From positions 3,161-67,160 of the forward strand of contig JAPKDL010000004.1 in the NCBI GenBank assembly GCA_028822585.1: a stretch of DNA of 64,000 nucleotides. The letters run 5' to 3'. Positions 19,044-28,264 of this stretch are shown in pieces; the stretch's first letter is position 1; each line of letters opens with the position of its first letter. Source of the DNA: Alphaproteobacteria bacterium. GTDB lineage: Bacteria; Pseudomonadota; Alphaproteobacteria; UBA8366; GCA-2717185. Below the pieces are notes generated by a model. It saw only the letters and a program-made list of their open reading frames with translations, did no database searches and had not been told where the DNA came from. Position numbers and translations under genes: made by a program.

Positions 19044-20441
19044 ATGAGCGAAGCTGATCTCGACAATCTCTACACCCGTAAAATCGCCGATTTCGTTTCT
19101 GGGCTTCAATACGAAAATATTCCGAACGAGGTTCGCACGCGGATCAAATTACTGATCCTCGATTCCTTGGGATGCGGGTTGTACGGCGCTGATTTGCCGT
19201 GGAGCGAAATTCTCATGAAAACCTTGTCCGCGGGAGACACCTCCGACACGGTCGGGGTCTGGGGGACGAAGCAACGCCTGTCCCCCGCCAATGCGGCGCT
19301 CGTGAACGGCACCTTGGTGCAAGGCTTTGAATTAGACGATGTCCATCGCCAGGGCGTGCTCCATGTGGGTGCGGTCACCCTACCCGCCCTGATTTCAGTA
19401 TTGGAATCCCGGCGCGCGATGACCGGCAAGGAGTTTCTGACTGCCGCCGTTGCAGGGTACGAGATTGGTCCGCGCGTTGGCATGTGCATGGGCCAGGAGC
19501 ATATTGGCCAGGGATGGCATTCAGGGGCGACCGTGGGCGTGTTTTCCGCTGCCGCCGGCGCGGCGCGGGGGCTGGCGTTGACGGCGGAACAAACCGTTCA
19601 CGCACTTGGCGTCGCGGGCACGCAATCTTCGGGGCTCATGGCCGCGCAATACGGCGCCATGGTCAAACGTATGCATGCAGGGCGATCGTCACAAAGCGGG
19701 CTGTACGGCGCGTTGTTGGCCGAAAATGGTTTCACCGGCATCGTGAACGTGTTGGAGTCCCCATACGGTGGGTTCTGCACGACGTTTTCACGCTCCAATG
19801 ATAGGTTCGATCTTTCCCAACTCACGTCGGGGCTAGGCGAAAACTTCGAAACCATGCGAATTTCCCTCAAATTCTATTCCTGCGTCGGTTCGAACCACAC
19901 CACGCTCGACGCCATCCGCAACATGCAGGCGCGCCATCCGTTTGGCAAAGACGACGTGGAGAAATTTGTCGTCCACGGCTCCCAGGTGACGATGGACCAT
20001 GTGGGCTGGAAATACCGCCCGGAAGGCCTCACCTCCGCCCAGCTCAACCTGCCGTTCTGCATTGCCACCCTGATGCTGGAAGGCGACGTATTCGTCGAAC
20101 AATTCCCAGAAACCAGCTTTACCGACGCCGCCCGCATCGCCTATGCGGACAAGGTCGAAGTGCATCATGACGCCGACATCACCGGACGTGGTTCCAATTT
20201 CCGCCATATGATTCGTGCCGAAGTGCATTTAAAGGACGGTACTGTGCTGGAAGAAACCGTGGAAGCCCCCCGCGGCAGCGAACACAGCTTCGCAAGCGAG
20301 GCGCAAGTCGTGGAGAAGTTTGAAAAGTTGGCGACTCCTACACTCGGTGAACGCCAAACTGCAGCCCTGCGCGACGCAATTCTCGGCATGGACAATCTAG
20401 ACGACGCCAGCGTGATCGCAAAAGCGTTGGTACTGTCGTAA
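19044..20441 (+). CDS. MmgE/PrpD-family protein
   Basis: 465 aa; ..IKLLILDSLGCGLYG.., ..GWHSGATVGVFSAAAGAA.. Confidence 0.9.
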   Translation: MSEADLDNLYTRKIADFVSGLQYENIPNEVRTRIKLLILDSLGCGLYGADLPWSEILMKTLSAGDTSDTVGVWGTKQRLSPANAALVNGTLVQGFELDDVHRQGVLHVGAVTLPALISVLESRRAMTGKEFLTAAVAGYEIGPRVGMCMGQEHIGQGWHSGATVGVFSAAAGAARGLALTAEQTVHALGVAGTQSSGLMAAQYGAMVKRMHAGRSSQSGLYGALLAENGFTGIVNVLESPYGGFCTTFSRSNDRFDLSQLTSGLGENFETMRISLKFYSCVGSNHTTLDAIRNMQARHPFGKDDVEKFVVHGSQVTMDHVGWKYRPEGLTSAQLNLPFCIATLMLEGDVFVEQFPETSFTDAARIAYADKVEVHHDADITGRGSNFRHMIRAEVHLKDGTVLEETVEAPRGSEHSFASEAQVVEKFEKLATPTLGERQTAALRDAILGMDNLDDASVIAKALVLS

Positions 20442-20605
20442 GCTGAAGTTTGGATCGGCTTTAACAGTCAATTCATCGAAACTTTGGGGCGTGACGTGTG
20501 TAAGAGCAATGTGGCAAAGAGAAGTAGTTTGGGAAAACTAAAAAGTTGCGATAAATGAATTTTCTGCTCTTTATTGGCAAAATTGCCGAGAATGAGGAGA
20601 ATAGC

Positions 20606-20920
20606 ATGACCAGACGACCCCGAGGCAATCACAGAGCGGCATTCAAGACGAAGGTGGCGTTAGCGGACCTCAAGGGCACCAGAACGATGTAGGAGCTTGC
20701 TCAGTATTTTGATGAACATCCCAACAAACCCAACAGGGGAAGGGCTAGGTTCTTGCTGCCTTGCAAGGTGTCATTGATAGCGACCGAAGGCCTCCAGAGA
20801 GCCTGAGATCAATGTCAAACCGCCTCCCGTGAAGATTAGCCAGTTGACGCTGGAGAGGAACTTTTGGAACGCCTACTAGAGAAAATAGATCCGTTAGCGA
20901 GCGCAAGTCAAACCTATGAC
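20606..20920 (+). mobile_element. IS3-family orfA (transposase HTH part), decayed relic
   Basis: MTRRPRGNHRAAFKTKVALADLKGTRTM*ELAQYFDEHPN.., later EINVKPPPVKISQLTLERNFWNAY*; order matches IS3 OrfA (..FK.KVAL.A..G..T..ELAQ.F.VHPNQ.. / ..KIG.LTLENDFL..); several stops and frame changes, no orfB. Confidence 0.65.
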
Positions 20921-20988
20921 ATCTATAGGTTAAAGCAGCGCCTACTGGAATCCGTTACTTCCTAATCCAGGGCACCCCTCTCGAAGCG

Positions 20989-22041
20989 TCAGATATTTGC
21001 CAAGATGGACGCGCTGGCCGGAGCCTCGCCGCGTTCGACCTTTTTGACTGCTTCAATCAACCCTTCATTGGCTGGGGTGGGGATGCCGTGTTCGCGGCCC
21101 TTTTCCACAACCAGGCCGTTCATAAAGTCGATTTCTGTGCGCCGTCCCTTCTGCATGTCCTGTCCCATAGACGGCCGGGCGTCTTCGTTGCCCTTGTGTC
21201 CTTCTTCGATAATGCCGTCCTCTAATATCTTTAGGGACGCAGCGTCACCGCTCACCGCCGCCTCGTAAATTTCCGGCGTGAGGCCCTGCATCAATTTAAG
21301 CTTGAATCCGGCGGCCTTGCCCACTTTGATTGTTTCCGCCGCCAGCTTGATCTTGACCATGCGGATATGTGGGTCGTCAGCGATGGCGGCTTTACCCAAT
21401 CCCGTGCTGGCGGAAACACCATTGCTGCTGGCGTTGGCGACCAGTTTAGACCAGCGTTCGCCCCAGATGTTGTCAGTTACCATCGAGCTATCGGTAAATC
21501 CACACAAACGTGCAACTTCCTTGGCGCGTTCGGTTTCTTCCCCATGAATTTCACCGGCCCTGAACACCGTATGTTTGTTGCCATGGATGGGAATGTTGCG
21601 CTGAACATAAGCCGGACCTTTGAGTTCGCAAGAAATCTTGGCCGCGATGCAGCCAACGATCTTGCCCCAGCCAACGATACGGGCGATCGTTTCTTCATTC
21701 ATGCAGTTCTGCAAGGACACGACAAAGCCATCGGGTGCCAGATACGGCTTGATCAAATGCGTCGCCCATTCCGTGTCGTAGGATTTTACACAGACGAAAG
21801 CAATGTCAACCGGCGCACCTTTGTTTAATTCCTGAGTACCGCTGAGGTGTAGCGCTTTGACTGGAACGGTGAATTCTTCTTCCGCCGTCACACCCGTCAC
21901 GCGCAGACCATCTTTGTTCATTTTGTCGACATGTTCGGGCCAGCCATCGATGAAGGTGACGTCCTCGCCATATTTCACCATATGCCCACCGACTTCGCCG
22001 CCAACTGCGCCCGCACCTACTATTACAATTCGCTTACCCAT
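20989..22041 (-). CDS. Ketopantoate-reductase (ApbA/PanE) family oxidoreductase, paralogue 1
   Basis: MGKRIVIVGAGAVGGEVGG..; 350 aa; AGGAGAG SD. Confidence 0.85.
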   Translation of the reverse strand: MGKRIVIVGAGAVGGEVGGHMVKYGEDVTFIDGWPEHVDKMNKDGLRVTGVTAEEEFTVPVKALHLSGTQELNKGAPVDIAFVCVKSYDTEWATHLIKPYLAPDGFVVSLQNCMNEETIARIVGWGKIVGCIAAKISCELKGPAYVQRNIPIHGNKHTVFRAGEIHGEETERAKEVARLCGFTDSSMVTDNIWGERWSKLVANASSNGVSASTGLGKAAIADDPHIRMVKIKLAAETIKVGKAAGFKLKLMQGLTPEIYEAAVSGDAASLKILEDGIIEEGHKGNEDARPSMGQDMQKGRRTEIDFMNGLVVEKGREHGIPTPANEGLIEAVKKVERGEAPASASILANI

Positions 22042-22112
22042 CTTTTCTCTCCTACAAAATCCATTACCGTCAGCACCATTGGGCCACGCGGATTTAAATT
22101 TCTACGCTGCTT

Positions 22113-23165
22113 CTACCACCCGGCCACATTGCTCGGGTCCGGCTTCACCTCGCCGCGTTCACATTTATGCACCATATCGACAATTTTTTCGTTCAACGGC
22201 GTTGGAATGCCCATTTCACGGCCCTTTTCAACAACGAATCCATTGATGGCGTCGATCTCCGTCTTGCGACCCTTGACCATGTCCTGGCCCGTGGACGGCA
22301 CGGCACCATCTTTACGATTCTTCGTAGCCTCTAGAGCCTTGGCCTCGATGTTCTGGAATATCTTATTGTCACCGTTTGCCGCAGCGACCCATTCTGCCCC
22401 CGTAAATCCCATACGTTTTTCAATGGTGAAGCCTAACGCCAGAGCAACCTGCGTGGTCTCCGCCGCCATACGAATCGACACAGAGCGCGTCTGGTCGTTC
22501 TTCGCCATGCCGTTGCCACCTAAGCCCGTGGCCGCTGATATACCGTTGCCGCTGGAGTTGATCACCAGTTTGGACCACCGTTCGCCCCACAAGTTTTGCG
22601 TGACCTTGGCACTGTCGATGACGCTGAGCATATCGGCGACTTCCTGAATGCGATCCGTCACCCGTCCATGCGGTTCGCCTGCACGAAACACCGTGTAGCT
22701 GTCGCCACGAAGCGGCACATGCCGGCGCACTAGTCCTGGGCCTTCCAGCGCGCAACTGATCGTGCTGGCGATGCAGCCCGTGGTTCGATTCCAACCAACC
22801 ACTTCGGCGATACGTTCTTCGTTAATCGCGTTTTGCAGCGATACGATGAACCCTTGTTCGGCCAAATATCCCTTGATCAAGGCGGCGGCGAATTGGGTCT
22901 CGTAGGACTTTACGGATACGAAAGCGATATCGAACGGCCCTTCTTTTTGTAAATCTTGAACTTCGGTGACGTGCACGGCGCGAACTTTGACATCAATATT
23001 TTCGGCTTCAGTAACACCGCGCAGCTTCAAACCATCGCGGTTCATCGTCTCCACATGTTCCGGCCATGTGTCGATGAACGTGACATCGGCCCCATGATGC
23101 GCCAAGTAGCCGCCGACATAACCTCCGACAGCACCAGAGCCGACCATTGCAATTCGTTTACCCAT
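22113..23165 (-). CDS. Ketopantoate-reductase (ApbA/PanE) family oxidoreductase, paralogue 2
   Basis: MGKRIAMVGSGAVGGYVGG..; 350 aa; collinear with 20989-22041, about half the positions identical by eye. Confidence 0.85.
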   Translation of the reverse strand: MGKRIAMVGSGAVGGYVGGYLAHHGADVTFIDTWPEHVETMNRDGLKLRGVTEAENIDVKVRAVHVTEVQDLQKEGPFDIAFVSVKSYETQFAAALIKGYLAEQGFIVSLQNAINEERIAEVVGWNRTTGCIASTISCALEGPGLVRRHVPLRGDSYTVFRAGEPHGRVTDRIQEVADMLSVIDSAKVTQNLWGERWSKLVINSSGNGISAATGLGGNGMAKNDQTRSVSIRMAAETTQVALALGFTIEKRMGFTGAEWVAAANGDNKIFQNIEAKALEATKNRKDGAVPSTGQDMVKGRKTEIDAINGFVVEKGREMGIPTPLNEKIVDMVHKCERGEVKPDPSNVAGW

Positions 23166-23330
23166 GGTAAATTCCCCCCGTGCACCGCCCGGTCGTTAAT
23201 GTTGTAGTTGTAATATTGTCGCTATTTTACCCGGGAATGACAAGGTCATCTAGGCGAACGTGTCCAGACAAATTGAAATCATCACCTTTTCGGCGTATCC
23301 TCCCTCAATCAAAGCAGCAGGAGAAAACGC

Positions 23331-24221
23331 ATGGCAGAGCTCGCGGGAACGTCAGCCCAACAAATCAGCTACAAATACATAAAGGTCGTTCCGATTGCAG
23401 GCGCGCTTGGCGCGGAAATCGAAGGCGTTGATATCGCCAGTGGCGTTGACGACAAGACCTTTGATGAAATCCATCGCGCGTGGCTCGAAAATAATATCGT
23501 TTACTTCCGGGATCAAAACTTAACACCCGCGCAACACGTCGCCTTCGCCCGCCGGATCGGAGATATTCATCCCCATTTATTGAATAAAGGTTTAGAGAAT
23601 TTTCCTGAAATTGTCGAAGTCAGGAAAACGCCGACTCAAAAATTGAACAATGGCGGACGCTGGCATTCCGACCAGATGTACACACCAAAACCCGCCAAGG
23701 GCACAATGTTGTATAGCCGCGAATTGCCCCCTGTCGGCGGCGACACAATGTTCTCCAACCAATATCTTGCTTATGATATGGTTTCGGAAGGCCTAAAAAA
23801 GACGCTTGGCGGATTGAAAGGCGTTCATAACGGAGACAGTCGCAATCATCCCAGCGGCCTGACGCGAATGGAGCGTGCCAAATCCGGTTTGGGCACCATT
23901 CCCCAAGTCGATCCGGGCGACGCGCAGATTGTCTCAGCCCATCCACTGGTCCGCACGCACCCCGAAACCGGTCGAAAGGCGTTGTATGTCGGCTCACACA
24001 CCGAAAGCATTGAGGGTTGGAGCCATGCGGAAAGTGAGCCCTTGTTGAATTACTTGAAGGAATTCACTCATCGCCCCGAATTCACTTGCCGGGTCCGTTG
24101 GACCAAAGGCATGCTAACTTTTTGGGATAATCGTTGCACCCAACATTTTGCGGTCAATGATTATCAAGGACACCAACGCATTATCCACAAAATCATGATC
24201 CAAGGCGACACCCCGTTCTAG
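23331..24221 (+). CDS. Taurine dioxygenase-type (TauD) Fe(II)/2-oxoglutarate dioxygenase
   Basis: 296 aa; ..GGRWHSDQMY.. (HxD), ..GGDTMFSN.., ..WDNRCTQHFAVNDY..; AGGAG SD. Confidence 0.9.
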   Translation: MAELAGTSAQQISYKYIKVVPIAGALGAEIEGVDIASGVDDKTFDEIHRAWLENNIVYFRDQNLTPAQHVAFARRIGDIHPHLLNKGLENFPEIVEVRKTPTQKLNNGGRWHSDQMYTPKPAKGTMLYSRELPPVGGDTMFSNQYLAYDMVSEGLKKTLGGLKGVHNGDSRNHPSGLTRMERAKSGLGTIPQVDPGDAQIVSAHPLVRTHPETGRKALYVGSHTESIEGWSHAESEPLLNYLKEFTHRPEFTCRVRWTKGMLTFWDNRCTQHFAVNDYQGHQRIIHKIMIQGDTPF

Positions 24222-24262
24222 ACTCCCAAGACGATCTAGTTATCCCTTTTGGCGCGGCCCAG

Positions 24263-24952
24263 GTGGACGCGGACCAGATCATTGTTAAACGCGATCCCAA
24301 CGGTATCGTTAATGTTCGGTGTCCGACACCGTTCGTGCATCTCCAACCCACACGCCAGACCTCTTTGCGTTTGAACGACCCACACTATGTTTTCCCTGAA
24401 ACGCCAGACTTGCGCGCTATGACCAGCGCAGACATTCAACTCGACTTTTTGCGCAACCATTTGACTGGTTACTGCGATATATGGCGCAAGCCTCAAAAAT
24501 TGTTTCTCGATCAATATTTCAAATTCATTGCAGCTCGGGTCAGCGCCGCCGAAACCGTTCTCTCCAAAAGCTTGGAAAAATTCGTCGGACTGTACAATTA
24601 TCGCGATTGGACATTGTCGGCGCCCCGCCCCCTGCCACGCGCCTTGATGCACACACCCACGAGCGACACGGCCTACACCCCAGTGGATTTCGGCTTCTGG
24701 TTCACCGGCAAGCGCATCGCCATCTTACTCGCTGGCACAGGAACCCCTACCAGGGCCGATAAGGCCCGCCGTGACTCACTGAAAAGCGCAAATATCTATA
24801 TTGTCGATATCTCCGTTCAAATCCTCCAACACAACGGCGCTGCGTACCTTGACGACGCTTTATCTGCCAATTTTAGCCAGTTCTGGGACGGCGAGGTCAT
24901 GCCGTCCAGCCCGTTCAAAGGCGCGACGCTGGGCGAGATCGTCCGTCTTTAA
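24263..24952 (+). CDS. Hypothetical protein (no family recognised); start uncertain
   Basis: 229-aa ORF from GTG, no clear SD; longest and most protein-like frame here; C-terminal ..YTPVDFGFWFTGKRIAILLAGTGTPTRADKARRDSLKSANIYIVDIS.. loosely recalls DUF559/Vsr-type endonuclease cores. Confidence 0.45.
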   Translation: MDADQIIVKRDPNGIVNVRCPTPFVHLQPTRQTSLRLNDPHYVFPETPDLRAMTSADIQLDFLRNHLTGYCDIWRKPQKLFLDQYFKFIAARVSAAETVLSKSLEKFVGLYNYRDWTLSAPRPLPRALMHTPTSDTAYTPVDFGFWFTGKRIAILLAGTGTPTRADKARRDSLKSANIYIVDISVQILQHNGAAYLDDALSANFSQFWDGEVMPSSPFKGATLGEIVRL

Positions 24953-26154
24953 AGGTCGACCTCAAGGATATACAAACCACCTGATTCCCGGTCGATAATG
25001 TAGACAATCGCATTTTCATCTACATAGACATCGTTGATTTGAATCGTCCCCGCGCGCGCGCCTTCAGGTCCTTCCGGCACGAAATGGGCAATTTCCTTCG
25101 GTTGGAATGGGTTTGATGTGTCGTAAGCTCGAACGCCACCATTAAAGAATGTCGCGAAAATGATGGTGTCTGAACGGAAGGCCGGGCCCGGTCGGTTTTC
25201 ATGCAGATTGTGCGATCCGTACCGACCGCCGCGGCTGCCAAAATCCTCCACTGGAGGCATGGGAAAGGTGCTGATTGGCACCAGATTAGTTTCATCTCGC
25301 GCATCCACGACCCATGTCAGCTTTGGCCAGTCACCGCCATTATCGCGCACGCATTCATCGGAGACGATCAGCAAACCCCGTTCGAACAATGGCAACGCAG
25401 TATGGCAAAACCCCGGAAAGGGCGGGTGCGGGTTCCAATTAGAAATTAGCTTTGGATTGCTTTTATCTGCGATATTCAGGATCGCCACACCACCATCCAA
25501 ACACCCCAGATACGCTCGGTCCGGGCGGTCAGGATAGACATTGGTGTTATGCATCCGAAAGCCTGAATCAAAATTTGGGTGGCGCGGCGGCGGGGGTTCA
25601 TCATCATCATCCTTCGTGCCGGGAAACCACCAACGTCCAGCCTCCACCGGTTTGGATGGATCGCGCACATCGATAATTGTATAAATCTGGTCATCCTTTG
25701 GATAGCGCGGATTGAAATCCGACGCCCCACTGGCGCAATGCACGAATTCACCATCAACAAACCACACCTGATGCACGCCACGCGAACTTGGGCCCGACCT
25801 ATCAAAGAATGAAATCGATTTAGGGTTTTCCGGATCAGCAATGTCAAACAGCTCGACTCCGGCGGGTGTTTCTCCATGGGTCACGGTTTGATACGCCACC
25901 GCCATAATGTCGCCGGTCACCTCCAGCGAGTTCGAACGCACCCGGTTATGCGGCAAACGGGTCTGGCAAATGACCTTGGGCTTGCGTGGGTCGGTGACGT
26001 CGACGCCGGTAAAATTTATCGGTGCGGATTCATGGGCGATCCACATTACTCTGCGGCCACCCGCCGCCACCTGAAGCGACATCCCCTCCCCGCCATTACC
26101 GAACCCGCCCAAATCATCCTGCGCAATAAGGCGCATATTAAATGCTTCGTCCAA
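24949..26154 (-). CDS. LVIVD-repeat beta-propeller protein (COG5276-like)
   Basis: Repeats such as VELFDIADPENPKSISFF, YTIIDVRDPSKPVEAGRW, VAILNIADKSNPKLISNW, GVRAYDTSNPFQPKEIAHF; TTG start 6 nt after GAGGGGG. Confidence 0.8.
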   Translation of the reverse strand: MDEAFNMRLIAQDDLGGFGNGGEGMSLQVAAGGRRVMWIAHESAPINFTGVDVTDPRKPKVICQTRLPHNRVRSNSLEVTGDIMAVAYQTVTHGETPAGVELFDIADPENPKSISFFDRSGPSSRGVHQVWFVDGEFVHCASGASDFNPRYPKDDQIYTIIDVRDPSKPVEAGRWWFPGTKDDDDEPPPPRHPNFDSGFRMHNTNVYPDRPDRAYLGCLDGGVAILNIADKSNPKLISNWNPHPPFPGFCHTALPLFERGLLIVSDECVRDNGGDWPKLTWVVDARDETNLVPISTFPMPPVEDFGSRGGRYGSHNLHENRPGPAFRSDTIIFATFFNGGVRAYDTSNPFQPKEIAHFVPEGPEGARAGTIQINDVYVDENAIVYIIDRESGGLYILEVDL

Positions 26155-26237
26155 ATCCAGTCCCCCTCTAGCTTTTAAAGACTCACGACGCTACGCTTTC
26201 CCGATAATGAGCGCAAATTTTAGGAGGGGAAGGATTC

Positions 26238-27236
26238 GTGGTGCCACACTCCCGCATTCCCGTGTCGATCATCACCGGCTTCCTGGGCAGCGGTAAAACC
26301 ACGCTGCTCAACCATCTGGTGCAACAGCCGGGCATGGCCGACACCGCAGTGATTGTGAACGAATTCGGTGAAATCGGCATCGACCACTTACTGATCGAAC
26401 AGGCCTTAGAAGATACGGTGTTGCTGCAAAACGGGTGCGTCTGTTGCTCTATTCGCGGCGACTTGGTGGATACGTTGGAATCACTCCGTGCCCAGGTGGC
26501 GCGCGGTGAAATACCCGCCTTCGCCCGCGCGATCGTGGAAACCACCGGATTGGCGGACCCCGCGCCGGTGTTGCAAACCTTGATGACCGACAAACGGCTG
26601 CGACCGCATTATATGTTGGACGGCATTGTTGCAACCGTGGATGCGGTGAACGGCGCCGGCCAATTGGATGAGTTTTCGGAATCGGTCAAGCAGGCCGCCA
26701 TCGCCGACCATCTATTTATCACCAAAGGCGACCTGGCTGGAGACGCGGCGATCGACGATCTTACCAAACGGCTGCGGGCGCTCAACCCCGGCGCGCCCAT
26801 CTCGACAATTGACCAAGGCTGCGCCGACCCGGACTCGCTGTTTGGGAATGGCCCCGTCGCGGACCCGTCGCGAATTTCGATGCCCCCAACGCATGGTCAT
26901 TATCTCCATGACCACACCCACGGGTACGGCATTATATCCTTTGCCATTACCCGCGACTCGCCACTACCATGGGCCGCAGTCCAAGCTTGGCTGGAATCAG
27001 TTGCGTCGCTACGCGGTGCCGATTTGCTGCGAATGAAGGGGATTATCAACGTCGAAGGACGCGCAGGGCCGGTCTTGGTTCATGGCGTCCAACACATTTT
27101 TCATCCACCGGTCGAATTGCCGGCATGGCCAAGTCATGACCAGACGACCCGAATTGTATTCATTACTCGAAATATTGATAAAAAAGGGTTAGAAACTGCA
27201 TTAGGCGTTTTTGTTGACCGCGAACAAGCACCATGA
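26238..27236 (+). CDS. COG0523 / CobW-family G3E GTPase (metallochaperone type)
   Basis: P-loop GFLGSGKTT, CVCCS (CxCC) motif, His-rich linker PPTHGHYLHDHTHGYG, CobW C-terminal domain; GTG start after AGGAGG. Confidence 0.9.
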   Translation: MVPHSRIPVSIITGFLGSGKTTLLNHLVQQPGMADTAVIVNEFGEIGIDHLLIEQALEDTVLLQNGCVCCSIRGDLVDTLESLRAQVARGEIPAFARAIVETTGLADPAPVLQTLMTDKRLRPHYMLDGIVATVDAVNGAGQLDEFSESVKQAAIADHLFITKGDLAGDAAIDDLTKRLRALNPGAPISTIDQGCADPDSLFGNGPVADPSRISMPPTHGHYLHDHTHGYGIISFAITRDSPLPWAAVQAWLESVASLRGADLLRMKGIINVEGRAGPVLVHGVQHIFHPPVELPAWPSHDQTTRIVFITRNIDKKGLETALGVFVDREQAP

Positions 27237-27243
27237 GGCGATA

Positions 27244-27390
27244 ATGGAACCTTATCGATATGATCCCGAAGCCATTCAAGAGGCGCAACGCCTGCACACA
27301 CAGCGAGTCGGCCGAAATTATATCATCGGCTCCATCATATTTGGAATCAGCTTTATGGCGATGTGCGTTGCTATCATGCTGATTATTTAA
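27244..27390 (+). CDS. Possible 48-aa single-pass membrane peptide coupled to the COG0523 gene
   Basis: MEPYRYDPEAIQEAQRLHTQRVGRNYIIGSIIFGISFMAMCVAIMLII; GAGG overlaps the upstream stop, 5 nt before ATG. Confidence 0.35.
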   Translation: MEPYRYDPEAIQEAQRLHTQRVGRNYIIGSIIFGISFMAMCVAIMLII

Positions 27391-27426
27391 CGCGGATTAT
27401 TTGCCACCTATTATTCGACTGCCGCC

Positions 27427-27442
27427 AAACCCATATGGGTTT
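27427..27442. terminator. Perfect 16-bp palindrome AAACCCATATGGGTTT, weak bidirectional terminator or binding site
   Basis: Sits midway between the convergent units ending at 27390 (+) and ~27500 (-). Confidence 0.3.
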
Positions 27443-27636
27443 CATGCTTAAGGTGATCGAGGTTAGGTAAGCCTAAATTTAGAACCACCGTTTACGTCGT
27501 CAACCGCTCCGTGTCTCCAAATTCCGAAAACACTGCCGTCGTGTATCTCCACGATGCGGCGTGCTGGTCTCCGCGGTAATTTTGTCATCTTGAATAATCT
27601 TCATGAACGCGTCCCTCCCGTGTGGATGAACTCTAA

Positions 27637-28245
27637 CTAATACGCCCAATCGTTTTCCGTCTTGTAAATCAATTCGAATGAGTCGATTTGCGTGTCGAAT
27701 TCCAACGTCAATTCAACATCGTCTAACCCATTCAACAAACGATGCTTATCGAACGCATTGATTTCAAAAACATAGGTCGTTTGATCCGGGCCGGTCAGGC
27801 TTTGCGTTTCAAGATCAATAGCGATTTCGGCACCTGGACTTTCGCGAATCTGGGCGCGCAACGTCGCACAATCTTCCACCGATAACGGGACTGGCAAGAC
27901 GCCGTTTTTGATACAGTTACTGTAATGAATATCGCCAAAGCTGGGCGCAATGACAGACCTAATTCCGTTCGCCGTCAATGCCGTCACTGCATTTTCCCGC
28001 GATGACCCGCAGCCCCAGTTGATGTCGGCAACAAAAATTTTACCCGCCCGATACGGTCCTTGATTGAGCACAAACTCCGTGTCCGATCCGTCTTTTTCAA
28101 AGCGTAAATCAGCAAACAGAAAGGAATGATAATCTGGGTCGTCCGCCGCGCGGCGCAGAAACCGCGCGGGAATAATTTGGTCGGTGTCACAATTGGGAAT
28201 ATCAATCGGCACCGCGACCGACGCGAAGGTCTTAAACGCTTCCAT
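27637..28245 (-). CDS. leuD: 3-isopropylmalate dehydratase small subunit (LeuD family)
   Basis: 202 aa; ..DTDQIIPARFL.., ..NWGCGSSRENA.., ..APSFGDIHYSNCIKNGVLPV..; AAGGAG SD. Confidence 0.85.
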   Translation of the reverse strand: MEAFKTFASVAVPIDIPNCDTDQIIPARFLRRAADDPDYHSFLFADLRFEKDGSDTEFVLNQGPYRAGKIFVADINWGCGSSRENAVTALTANGIRSVIAPSFGDIHYSNCIKNGVLPVPLSVEDCATLRAQIRESPGAEIAIDLETQSLTGPDQTTYVFEINAFDKHRLLNGLDDVELTLEFDTQIDSFELIYKTENDWAY

Positions 28246-28264
28246 TTAGCCTACTCCTTCACTA

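Noticed and set aside
26155-26237. Zur/Fur box or cobalamin riboswitch upstream of the CobW-family gene
   Set aside because: The spacer is only 83 nt, too short for a B12 riboswitch. GATAATGAGCGCAAATT is not palindromic, so no metal-regulator box can be supported.
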